Positions 1 through 11,200 of a stretch of 64,000 nt of DNA are shown here, one piece after another (within the stretch, counting starts at the first letter, position 1; the number at the start of each line of letters is the position of its first letter). The position numbers and the translations under genes were made by a program. Where the stretch lies: contig NC_091288.1 in the NCBI RefSeq assembly GCF_032444005.1, positions 221,278,001 to 221,342,000 on the forward strand. Reading direction: 5' to 3'. Origin of the DNA: Ranitomeya imitator. Lineage: Eukaryota. Below the pieces are notes generated by a model. That model had not been told where the DNA came from, did not search any database, and worked only from the letters and a program-made list of their open reading frames with translations.

Positions 1-2058
1 CGCACCACCTCCTCCACCGCTGCACACCCCACTGCCCCGCACCACCTCCTCCACCGCTGCACACCCCACTGCCCCGCACCACCTCCTCCACCGCACCACC
101 GCTGTACATCCCACTGCCCAGCACCACCTCCTCCACCGCACCCCACTGCCCCGCACCACCTCCTCCACCGCACCACCGCTGTACATCCCACTGCCCAGCA
201 CCACCTCCTCCACCGCTGTCCACCCCACTGCCCCGCACCACCTCCTCCACCGCTGTCCACCCCACTGCCCCGCACCACCTCCTCCACCCCACTGCCCCGC
301 ACCACCTCCTCCACCCCACTGCCCCGCACCACCTCCTCCACCCCACTGCCCCGCACCACCTCCTCCACCCCACTGCCCCGCACCACCTCCTCCACCCCAC
401 TGCCCCGCACCACCTCCTCCACCCCACTGCCCCGCACCACCTCCTCCACCCCACTGCCCCGCACCACCTCCTCCACCCCACTGCCCCGCACCACCTCCTC
501 CACCCCACTGCCCCGCACCACCTCCTCCACCCCACTGCCCCGCACCACCTCCTCCACCCCACTGCCCCGCACCACCTCCTCCACCCCACTGCCCCGCACC
601 ACCTCCTCCACCCCACTGCCCCGCACCACCTCCTCCACCCCACTGCCCCGCACCACCTCCTCCACCCCACTGCCCCGCACCACCTCCTCCACCCCACTGC
701 CCCGCACCACCTCCTCCACCCCACTGCCCCGCACCACCTCCTCCACCCCACTGCCCCGCACCACCTCCTCCACCCCACTGCCCCGCACCACCTCCTCCAC
801 CCCACTGCCCCGCACCACCTCCTCCACCCCACTGCCCCGCACCACCTCCTCCACCCCACTGCCCCGCACCACCTCCTCCACCCCACTGCCCCGCACCACC
901 TCCTCCACCCCACTGCCCCGCACCACCTCCTCCACCCCACTGCCCCGCACCACCTCCTCCACCCCACTGCCCCGCACCACCTCCTCCACCCCACTGCCCC
1001 GCACCACCTCCTCCACCCCACTGCCCCGCACCACCTCCTCCACCCCACTGCCCCGCACCACCTCCTCCACCCCACTGCCCCGCACCACCTCCTCCACCCC
1101 ACTGCCCCGCACCACCTCCTCCACCCCACTGCCCCGCACCACCTCCTCCACCCCACTGCCCCGCACCACCTCCTCCACCCCACTGCCCCGCACCACCTCC
1201 TCCACCCCACTGCCCCGCACCACCTCCTCCACCCCACTGCCCCGCACCACCTCCTCCACCCCACTGCCCCGCACCACCTCCTCCACCCCACTGCCCCGCA
1301 CCACCTCCTCCACCCCACTGCCCCGCACCACCTCCTCCACCCCACTGCCCCGCACCACCTCCTCCACCCCACTGCCCCGCACCACCTCCTCCACCCCACT
1401 GCCCCGCACCACCTCCTCCACCCCACTGCCCCGCACCACCTCCTCCACCCCACTGCCCCGCACCACCTCCTCCACCCCACTGCCCCGCACCACCTCCTCC
1501 ACCGCTGTCCACCCCACTGCCCCGCACCACCTCCTCCACCGCTGTCCACCCCACTGCCCCGCACCACCTCCTCCACCGCTGTCCACCCCACTGCCCCGCA
1601 CCACCTCCTCCACCGCTGTCCACCCCACTGCCCCGCACCACCTCCTCCACCGCTGTCCACCCCACTGCCCCGCACCACCTCCTCCACCGCTGTCCACCCC
1701 ACTGCCCCGCACCACCTCCTCCACCGCTGTCCACCCCACTGCCCCGCACCACCTCCTCCACCGCTGTCCACCCCACTGCCCCGCACCACCTCCTCCACCG
1801 CTGTCCACCCCACTGCCCCGCACCACCTCCTCCACCGCTGTCCACCCCACTGCCCCGCACCACCTCCTCCACCCCACTGCCCCGCACCACCTCCTCCACC
1901 GCTGCACACCCCACTGCCCCGCACCACCTCCTCCACCCCACTGCCCCGCACCACCTCCTCCACCGCTGTCCACCCCACTGCCCCGCACCACCTCCTCCAC
2001 CGCTGTCCACCCCACTGCCCCGCACCACCTCCTCCACCGCTGCATATCCCACTGCCCA
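1..2058. repeat. 27-bp C-rich minisatellite (CCCCACTGCCCCGCACCACCTCCTCCA)n with 37-bp variants at both ends
   Basis: Unit read directly; near-perfect copies 270-1500; variants carry an inserted CCGCTGTCCA. Confidence 0.97.
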
Positions 2059-2070
2059 GACCCCTCTGTA

Positions 2071-2272
2071 TACTCACAGTCTCCTTTGTGCTGTATACTC
2101 CCTACCCCTCTGGAGATGAACACTTGCTGCCCGTACTCACAGGAAGTTTAGACTGTACTGGCGGTCGGCCATATTGCTACACCCATGAGGCGAGAGAAGG
2201 CGGGGGCGGCCATGCTGGTACACCCGGGAGCGCGGGCGCAATTCTGGCTCTGATTTTCCCGCGGACACGATG
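2071..2272. promoter_or_regulatory. Probable bidirectional promoter / PPIL3 5' region
   Basis: CpG-rich unique island between two satellites; ETS-like CAGGAAGT 2140-2147; GC box GGGGGCGG 2202-2209; plus-strand ATG|GTGAGT at 2270; minus-strand donors GTGAGTA at 2140-2134 and 2077-2071. Confidence 0.55.
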
Positions 2273-5200
2273 GTGAGTTGTCTCCAGCATCATAAGCTGT
2301 CATGGCTGCTCAGTAATTCTGTAAGTAAGTGAACTCCTCCACGATGGGATGTGAAGAAAGAAGGAGCCATGGCCGGCCCGTGTCTCCCCGGCTCCCGTAA
2401 TCTCACCCCCACCCCCACCCCCACCCCCACCCCCGTGATTCTCCTCACACCGGCTCCCCTCCTGCTCCCCGGCTCCCCTCACACCACCCCCAAGTCTCCC
2501 CGCTGCCCCCCGTGTCTCCCCTCACGCTCCCCTCCCGCTGCCCCCGTGGCTCCCCTCACGCTCCCCTCCCGCTGCCCCCGTGGCTCCCCTCACGCTCCCC
2601 TCCCGCTGCCCCCGTGGCTCCCCTCACGCTCCCCTCCCGCTGCCCCCGTGGCTCCCCTCACGCTCCCCTCCCGCTGCCCCCGTGGCTCCCCTCACGCTCC
2701 CCTCCCGCTGCCCCCGTGGCTCCCCTCACGCTCCCCTCCCGCTGCCCCCGTGGCTCCCCTCACGCTCCCCTCCCGCTGCCCCCGTGGCTCCCCTCACGCT
2801 CCCCTCCCGCTGCCCCCGTGGCTCCCCTCACGCTCCCCTCCCGCTGCCCCCGTGGCTCCCCTCACGCTCCCCTCCCGCTGCCCCCGTGGCTCCCCTCACG
2901 CTCCCCTCCCGCTGCCCCCGTGGCTCCCCTCACGCTCCCCTCCCGCTGCCCCCGTGGCTCCCCTCACGCTCCCCTCCCGCTGCCCCCGTGGCTCCCCTCA
3001 CGCTGCCCCCGTGGCTCCCCTCACGCTCCCCTCCCGCTGCCCGCGTGGCTCCCCTCACGCTCCCCTCCCGCTGCCCCCGTGGCTCCCCTCACGCTCCCCT
3101 CCCGCTGCCCCCGTGGCTCCCCTCACGCTCCCCCCGTGTCTCCCTGATTCCTCTTCTCCGTTCTCTCTCAGGCGGTGACGCTGCACACAGATTTGGGCGA
3201 TATCAAAATTGAGGTTTTCTGTGAGCGAGCGCCGAAGGCGAGCGAGGTGAGTGAACCTGACGCCCGTGTCGCCGCTGCCATGCTGACTGTTTCCACTGCT
3301 GACTCTGTCTCCTCCTGCAGAACTTCATGGCTCTATGTGCCGGGAACTACTACACCGGCTGCATATTCCACCGCAACATCAAGGGCTTCATGGTGCAGAC
3401 GGGAGACCCCACAGGTGAGGGGAGCATGCTGATCCAGGGGGTGTATATCGACCTCGCTGTCTCTCTGTTCGCCCCCTCTTTTTTCTGTGTCTCTTCCTCT
3501 GTTGGTGCCCTCCTTAGTGTCGCTTGCTCTGTTGGTGCCCTCCTTAGTGTCGCTTGCTCTGTTGGTGCCCTCCTTAGTGTCGCTTGCTCTGTTGGTGCCC
3601 TCCTTAGTGTCGCTTGCTCTGTTGGCGCCCTCCTTAGTGTCGCTTGCTCTGTTGGTGCCCTCCTTAGTGTCGCTTGCTCTGTTGGCGCCCTCCTTAGTGT
3701 CGCTTGCTCTGTTGGCGCCCTCCTTTCTCTGTGTCTCTGTTGGCACCCTCCTTTCTCAGTGTCTCTTGCTCTGTTGGCGCCCTCCTTTCTCAGTGTCTCT
3801 TGCTCTGTTGGCGCCCTCCTTTCTCGGTGTCGCTTGCTCTGTTGGCGCCCTCCTTTCTCAGTGTCTCTTGCTCTGTTGGCGCCCTCCTTTCTCGGTGTCG
3901 CTTGCTCCGTTGGCGCCCTCCTTTCTCAGTGTCTCTTGCTCTGTTGCCACCCTCCTTTCTCGGTGTCGCTTGCTCCGTTGGCGCCCTTCTTTCTCGGTGT
4001 CGCTTGCTTTGTTGGTGCCCTCCTTTCTCTGTGTCTCTTGCTCCGTTGGTGCCCTCCTTTCTCGGTGTCGCTTGCTCCGTTGGTGCCCTCCTTTCTCGGT
4101 GTCTCTTGCTCCGTTGGCGCCCTCCTTTCTCGGTGTCGCTTGCTCCGTTGGCGCCCTCCTTTCTCGGTGTCTCTTGCTACGTTGGTGCCCTCCTTTCTTG
4201 GTGTCTCTTGCTACGTTGGTGCTCTCCTTTGTCGGTGTCTCTTGCTCCGTTGGCGCCCTCCTTTCTCGGTGTCGCTTGCTTCGTTGGCGCCCTCCTTTCT
4301 CGGTGTCGCTTGCTTCGTTGGCGCCCTCCTTTCTCGGTGTCGCTTGCTCTGTTGGCGCCCTCCTTTCTCGGTGTCTCTGTTGGCCCCCTCCTTTCTCAGT
4401 GTCGCCCTCCTTTCTTGGTGTCTCTTGCTCTGTTGGCGCCCTCCTTTCTCGGTGTCGCTTGCTCTGTTGGCGCCCTCCTTTCTCAGTGTCTCTGTTGGTG
4501 CCCTCCTTTCTCGGTGTCTCTTGCTCTGTTGGCGGCCTCCTTTCTCGGTGTCTCTTGCTCTGTTGGCGGCCTCCTTTCTCGGTGTCTCTGTTGTCCCCCT
4601 CCTTTCTCGGTGTCGCTTGCTCCATTGGCGCCCTCCTTTCTCGGTGTCGCTTGCTTTGTTGGTGCCCTCCTTTCTCGGTGTCTCTTGCTCCGTTGGTGCC
4701 CTCCTTTGTCGGTGTCGCTTGCTCTGTTGGCGCCCTCCTTTGTCGGTGTCGCTTGCTCCGTTGGTGCCCTCCTTTCTCGGTGTCGCTTGCTCCGTTGGTG
4801 CCCTCCTTTCTCTGTGTCGCTTGCTCCGTTGGTGCCCTCCTTTCTCTGTGTCGCTCGCTCTGTTGGCGCCCTCCTTTCTCGGTGTCGCTCGCTCTGTTGG
4901 CGCCCTCCTTTCTCGGTGTCGCTTGCTCCGTTGGCGCCCTCCTTTCTCGGTGTCTCTTGCTACGTTGGTGCCCTCCTTTCTCGGTGTCGCTTGCTCTGTT
5001 GGCGGCCTCTTTTCTCGGTGTCTCTTGCTCTGTTGGCGCCCTCCTTTCTCGGTGTCGCTTGCTCTGTTGGCGGCCTCTTTTCTCGGTGTCTCTGTTGGCC
5101 CCCTCCTTTCTCAGTGTCGCCCTCCTTTCTTGGTGTCTCTTGCTCTGTTGGTACCCTCCTTTCTCGGTGTCGCTTGCTCTGTTGGCGCCCTCCTTTCTCG

Positions 5201-8200
5201 GTGTCGCTTGCTCCGTTGAGTCCCTCCTTTCTCTGTGTCGCTTGCTCCGTTGGTGCCCTCCTTTCTCTGTGTCGCTTGCTCCGTTGGTGCCCTCCTTTCT
5301 CAGTGTCGTTCGCTCTGTTGGTGCCCTCCTTTCTCGGTGTCTCATGCTCTGTTGGCGCCTTCCTTTCTCTGTGTCTCATGCTCTGTTGGCGCCCTCCTTT
5401 CTCAGTGTCGCTGTCTCTGTTGGCGCCCTCCATTCTCGGTGTTGCAGTCTCTGTTGGCGCCCTCCTTTCTCGGTGTCTCATGCTCTGTTGGCGCCCTCCT
5501 TTCTCGGTGTCGCTCGCTCTGTTGGTGCCCTCCTTTCTCGGTGTCGCTCGCTCTGTTGGCGCCCTCCTTTCTCGGTGTCTCATGCTCTGTTGGCGCCTTC
5601 CTTTCTCGGTGTCGCTCGCTCTGTTGGCGCCCTCCTTTCTCGGTGTCGCTCGCTCTGTTGGCGCCCTCCTTTCTCAGTGTCGCTGTCTCTGTTGGCGCCC
5701 TCCATTCTCGGTGTTGCAGTCTCTGTTGGCGCCCTCCTTTCTCGGTGTCTCATGCTCTGTTGGCGCCCTCCTTTCTCAGTGTCCCTATCTCTGTTGGTGC
5801 CCTCCTTTCTCGGTGTCGCTCGCTCTGTTGGCGCCCTCCTTTCTCGGTGTTGCTCGCTCTGTTGGCGCCTTCCTTTCTCGGTGTCGCTCGCTCTGTTGGC
5901 GCCCTCCTTTCTCGGTGTCGCTCGCTCTGTTGGCGCCCTCCTTTCTCGGTGTCGCTCGCTCTGTTGGCGCCCTCCTTTCTCGGTGTCGCTCGCTCTGTTG
6001 GCGCCCTCCTTTCTCGGTGTCGCTGTCTCTGTTGGCGCCCTCCATTCTCGGTGTTGCAGTCTCTGTTGGCGCCCTCCTTTCTCGGTGTCTCATGCTCTGT
6101 TGGCGCCCTCCTTTCTCGGTGTCTCTTGCTCTGTTGGTGCCCTCCTTTCTCGGTGTCTCTTGCTCTGTTGGCACCCTCCTTTCTCGGTGTCTCATGCTCT
6201 GTTGGCGCCCTCCTTTCTCGGTGTCGCTCGCTCTGTTGGTGCCCTCCTTTCTCGGTGTCGCTCGCTCTGTTGGCGCCCTCCTTTCTCGGTGTCTCATGCT
6301 CTGTTGGCGCCTTCCTTTCTCGGTGTCGCTCGCTCTGTTGGCGCCCTCCTTTCTCGGTGTCGCTCGCTCTGTTGGCGCCCTCCTTTCTCAGTGTCGCTGT
6401 CTCTGTTGGCGCCCTCCATTCTCGGTGTTGCAGTCTCTGTTGGTGCCCTCCTTTCTCGGTGTCTCATGCTCTGTTGGCGCCCTCCTTTCTCAGTGTCCCT
6501 ATCTCTGTTGGTGCCCTCCTTTCTCGGTGTCGCTCGCTCTGTTGGCGCCCTCCTTTCTCGGTGTTGCTCGCTCTGTTGGCGCCTTCCTTTCTCGGTGTCG
6601 CTCGCTCTGTTGGCGCCCTCCTTTCTCGGTGTCGCTCGCTCTGTTGGCGCCCTCCTTTCTCGGTGTCGCTCGCTCTGTTGGCGCCCTCCTTTCTCGGTGT
6701 CGCTCGCTCTGTTGGCGCCCTCCTTTCTCGGTGTCGCTCGCTCTGTTGGCGCCCTCCTTTCTCGGTGTTGCTTGCTCTGTTGGCGCCCTACTTTCTCGGT
6801 GTCGCTCGCTCTGTTGGCGCCCTCCTTTCTCGGTGTCGTTCGCTCTGTTCTGTTGCCGCTGATCTTTGCTTTCTTTTTCAGGGACAGGGAAGGGCGGCCA
6901 AAGCATCTGGGGTCGTAAATTTGAGGATGAATTCAGCGAATTCGTAAAGGTGAGTTACATTTTGTCCTCCATCCATCAGTCAGGGCCAGTGTACTGAATG
7001 TCTGTTAGTCCGGCATCTGATATTCCGGAACATCCTGAAAGTGGCGACTTATCCCGGGCTCGGCTCCCTCTGCTGAGGCCGCTGTGCAGAGACGTACAGT
7101 ATGTGTGTATTATCACATAGCAGGTCTGATGATCCAGAATCAGCGCCAGAGTATCAGACTGCGGGATGAGATTATTACCAGCCACGCAGGATGATTCCAG
7201 TCCTCCATCATGTCTCCCGCAGCACAGCGTCCGCGGCGTCGTCTCCATGGCAAACAGCGGCCCCAATACCAACGCCTCGCAGTTCTTCATCACGTACGGC
7301 AAACAGCCGCATCTGGACATGAAGTACACCATACTGGGGAAGTAAGTGACCGGGCCCTGCAGCACAGAGGATGTCAGGAGAGGGGGCCCTGCAGCACAGA
7401 GGATGTCAGGAGAGGGGGCCCTGCAGCACAGAGGATGTCAGGAGAGGAGGAGGCCCTGCAGCACAGAGGATGTCAGGAGAGGAGGAGGCCCTGCAGCACA
7501 GAGGATGTCAGGAGAGGAGGGGGCCCTGCAGCACAGAGGATGTCAGGAGAGGAGGGGGCCCTGCAGCACAGAGGATGTCAGGAGAGGAGGAGGCCCTGCA
7601 GCACAGAGGATGTCAGGAGAGGGGGCCCTGCAGCACAGAGGATGTCAGGAGAGGGGGCCCTGCAGCACAGAGGATGTCAGGAGAGGAGGCCCTGCAGCAC
7701 AGAGGATGTCAGGAGAGGGGGCCCTGCAGCACAGAGGATGTCAGGAGAGGGGGCCCTGCAGCACAGAGGATGTCAGGAGAGTAGGGGGCCCTGCAGCACA
7801 GAGGATGTCAGGAGAGGAGGCCCTGCAGCACAGAGGATGTCAGGAGAGGAGGGGGCCCTGCAGCACAGAGGATGTCAGGAGAGGAGGAGGCCCTGCAGCA
7901 CAGAGGATGTCGGGGGAGGGGGCCCTGCAGCACAGAGGATGTCAGGAGAGGAGGCCCTGCAGCACAGAGGATGTCAGGAGAGGGGGCCCTGCAGCACAGA
8001 GGATGTCAGGAGAGGAGGGGGCCCTGCAGCACAGAGGATGTCAGGAGAGGGGGCCCTGCGGCACAGAGGATGTCAGGAGAGGAGGCCCTGCAGCACAGAG
8101 GATGTCAGGAGAGGAGGAGGCCCTGCAGCACAGAGGATGTCAGGAGAGGGGGCCCTGCAGCACAGAGGATGTCAGGAGAGGAGGGGGCCCTGCAGCACAG

Positions 8201-11200
8201 AGGATGTCAGGAGAGGAGGAGGCCCTGCAGCACAGAGGATGTCAGGAGAGGGGGCCCTGCGGCACAGAGGATGTCAGGAGAGGAGGCCCTGCAGCACAGA
8301 GGATGTCAGGAGAGGAGGAGGCCCTGCAGCACAGAGGATGTCAGGAGAGGGGGCCCTGCAGCACAGAGGATGTCAGGAGAGGAGGGGGCCCTGCAGCACA
8401 GAGGATGTCAGGAGAGGGGGCCCTGCAGCACAGAGGATGTCAGGAGAGGGGGCCCTGCAGCACAGAGGATGTCAGGAGAGGGGGCCCTGCAGCACAGAGG
8501 ATGTCAGGAGAGGAGGCCCTGCAGCACAGAGGATGTCAGGAGAGGAGGAGGCCCTGCGGCACAGAGGATGTCAGGAGAGGAGGCCCTGCAGCACAGAGGA
8601 TGTCAGGAGAGGAGGAGGCCCTGCAGCACAGAGGATGTCGGGGGAGGGGGCCCTGCAGCACAGAGGATGTCAGGAGAGGGGGCCCTGCAGCACAGAGGAT
8701 GTCAGGAGAGGGGGCCCTGCAGCACAGAGGATGTCAGGAGAGGGGGCCCTGCAGCACAGAGGATGTCAGGAGAGGGGGCCCTGCAGCACAGAGGATGTCA
8801 GGAGAGGGGGCCCTGCAGCACAGAGGATGTCAGGAGAGGAGGAGGCCCTGCAGCACAGAGGATGTCAGGAGAGGAGGAGGCCCTGCGGCACAGAGGATGT
8901 CAGGAGAGGGGGCCCTGCAGCACAGAGGATGTCAGGAGAGGGGGCCCTGCAGCACAGAGGATGTCAGGAGAGGAGGAGGCCCTGCAGCACAGAGGATGTC
9001 AGGAGAGGAGGAGGCCCTGCAGCACAGAGGATGTCAGGAGAGGAGGAGGCCCTGCAGCACAGAGGATGTCGGGGGAGGGGACTCTGCAGCACAGAGGATG
9101 TCGGGGGAGGGGGCCCTGCAGCACAGAGGATGTCGGGAGAGGGGGCCCTGCAGCACAGAGGATGTCGGGAGAGGGGGCCCTGCAGCACAGAGGATGTCAG
9201 GAGAGGAGGAGGCCCTGCAGCACAGAGGATGTCAGGAGAGGAGGAGGCCCTGCAGCACAGAGGATGTAAGCGGAGGGGGCCCTGCAGCACAGAGGATGTA
9301 AGCGGAGGGGGCCCTGCAGCACAGAGGATGTAAGCGGAGGGGGCCCTGCAGCACAGAGGATGTCAGGAGAGGGGGCCCTGCAGCACAGAGGATGTCAGGA
9401 GAGGAGGGGGCCCTGCAGCACAGAGGATGTCAGGAGAGGAGGGGGCCCTGCAGCACAGAGGATGTAAGCGGAGGGGGCCCTGCAGCACAGAGGATGTAAG
9501 CGGAGGGGGCCCTGCAGCACAGAGGATGTCAGGAGAGGAGGGGGCCCTGCAGCACAGAGGATGTCAGGAGAGGAGGGGGCCCTGCAGCACAGAGGATGTC
9601 AGGAGAGGAGGAGGCCCTGCAGCACAGAGGATGTCAGGAGAGGGGGCCCTGCAGCACAGAGGATGTCAGGAGAGGAGGGGACTCTGCAGCACAGAGGATG
9701 TCAGGAGAGGAGGAGGCCCTGCAGCACAGAGGATGTCAGGAGAGGGGGCCCTGCAGCACAGAGGATGTCAGGAGAGGAGGGGGCCCTGCAGCACAGAGGA
9801 TGTCAGGAGAGGAGGAGGCCCTGCAGCACAGAGGATGTCAGGAGAGGGGGCCCTGCAGCACAGAGGATGTCAGGAGAGGAGGAGGCCCTGCAGCACAGAG
9901 GATGTCAGGAGAGGGGACTCTGCAGCACAGAGGATGTCAGGAGAGGAGGGGGCCCTGCAGCACAGAGGATGTCAGGAGAGGAGGAGGCCCTGCAGCACAG
10001 AGGATGTCAGGAGAGGAGGAGGCCCTGCAGCACAGAGGATGTCAGGAGAGGAGGAGGCCCTGCAGCACAGAGGATGTCAGGAGAGGAGGAGGCCCTGCAG
10101 CACAGAGGATGTCAGGAGAGGAGGGGGCCCTGCAGCACAGAGGATGTCAGGAGAGGAGGAGGCCCTGCAGCACAGAGGATGTCAGGAAAGGAGGGGGCCC
10201 TGCAGCACAGAGGATGTCAGGAGAGGAGGAGGCCCTGCAGCACAGAGGATGTCAGGAGAGGAGGAGGCCCTGCAGCACAGAGGATGTCAGGAGAGGAGGA
10301 GGCCCTGCAGCACAGAGGATGTCAGGAGAGGAGGGGGCCCTGCAGCACAGAGGATGTCAGGAGAGGAGGAGGCCCTGCAGCACAGAGGATGTCAGGAGAG
10401 GAGGAGGCCCTGCAGCACAGAGGATGTCAGGAGAGGAGGAGGCCCTGCAGCACAGAGGATGTCAGGAGAGGAGGGGGCCCTGCAGCACAGAGGATGTCAG
10501 GAGAGGGGGCCCTGCAGCACAGAGGATGTCAGGAGAGGAGGAGGCCCTGCAGCACAGAGGATGTCAGGAGAGGAGGAGGCCCTGCAGCACAGAGGATGTC
10601 AGGAGAGGAGGGGGCCCTGCAGCATAGAGGATGTCAGGAGAGGAGGAGGCCCTGCAGCACAGAGGATGTCAGGAGAGGAGGAGGCCCTGCAGCACAGAGG
10701 ATGTCAGGAGAGGAGGGGGCCATGCAGCACAGAGGATGTCAGGAGAGGAGGGGGCCCTGCAGCACAGAGGATGTCAGGAGAGGAGGAGGCCCTGCAGCAC
10801 AGAGGATGTCAGGAGAGGAGGAGGCCCTGCAGCACAGAGGATGTCAGGAGAGGAGGGGACTCTGCAGCACAGAGGATGTCAGGAGAGGAGGAGGCCCTGC
10901 AGCACAGAGGATGTCAGGAGAGGAGGGGGCCCTGCAGCACAGAGGATGTCAGGAGAGGAGGAGGCCCTGCAGCACAGAGGATGTCAGGAGAGGAGGGGGC
11001 CCTGCAGCATAGAGGATGTCAGGAGAGGAGGAGGCCCTGCAGCACAGAGGATGTCAGGAGAGGAGGGGGCCCTGCAGCACAGAGGATGTCAGGAGAGGAG
11101 GAGGCCCTGCAGCACAGAGGATGTCAGGAGAGGAGGGGGCCCTGCAGCACAGAGGATGTCAGGAGAGGAGGGGGCCCTGCAGCACAGAGGATGTAAGCGG

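Noticed and set aside
7270-7341. PPIL3 substitutions NGSQ to NASQ and TVFGK to TILGK
   Set aside because: Conservative changes; the catalytic Arg, Phe, Met, Gln, Ala-Asn and Phe positions are intact, so there is no sign of pseudogenisation.
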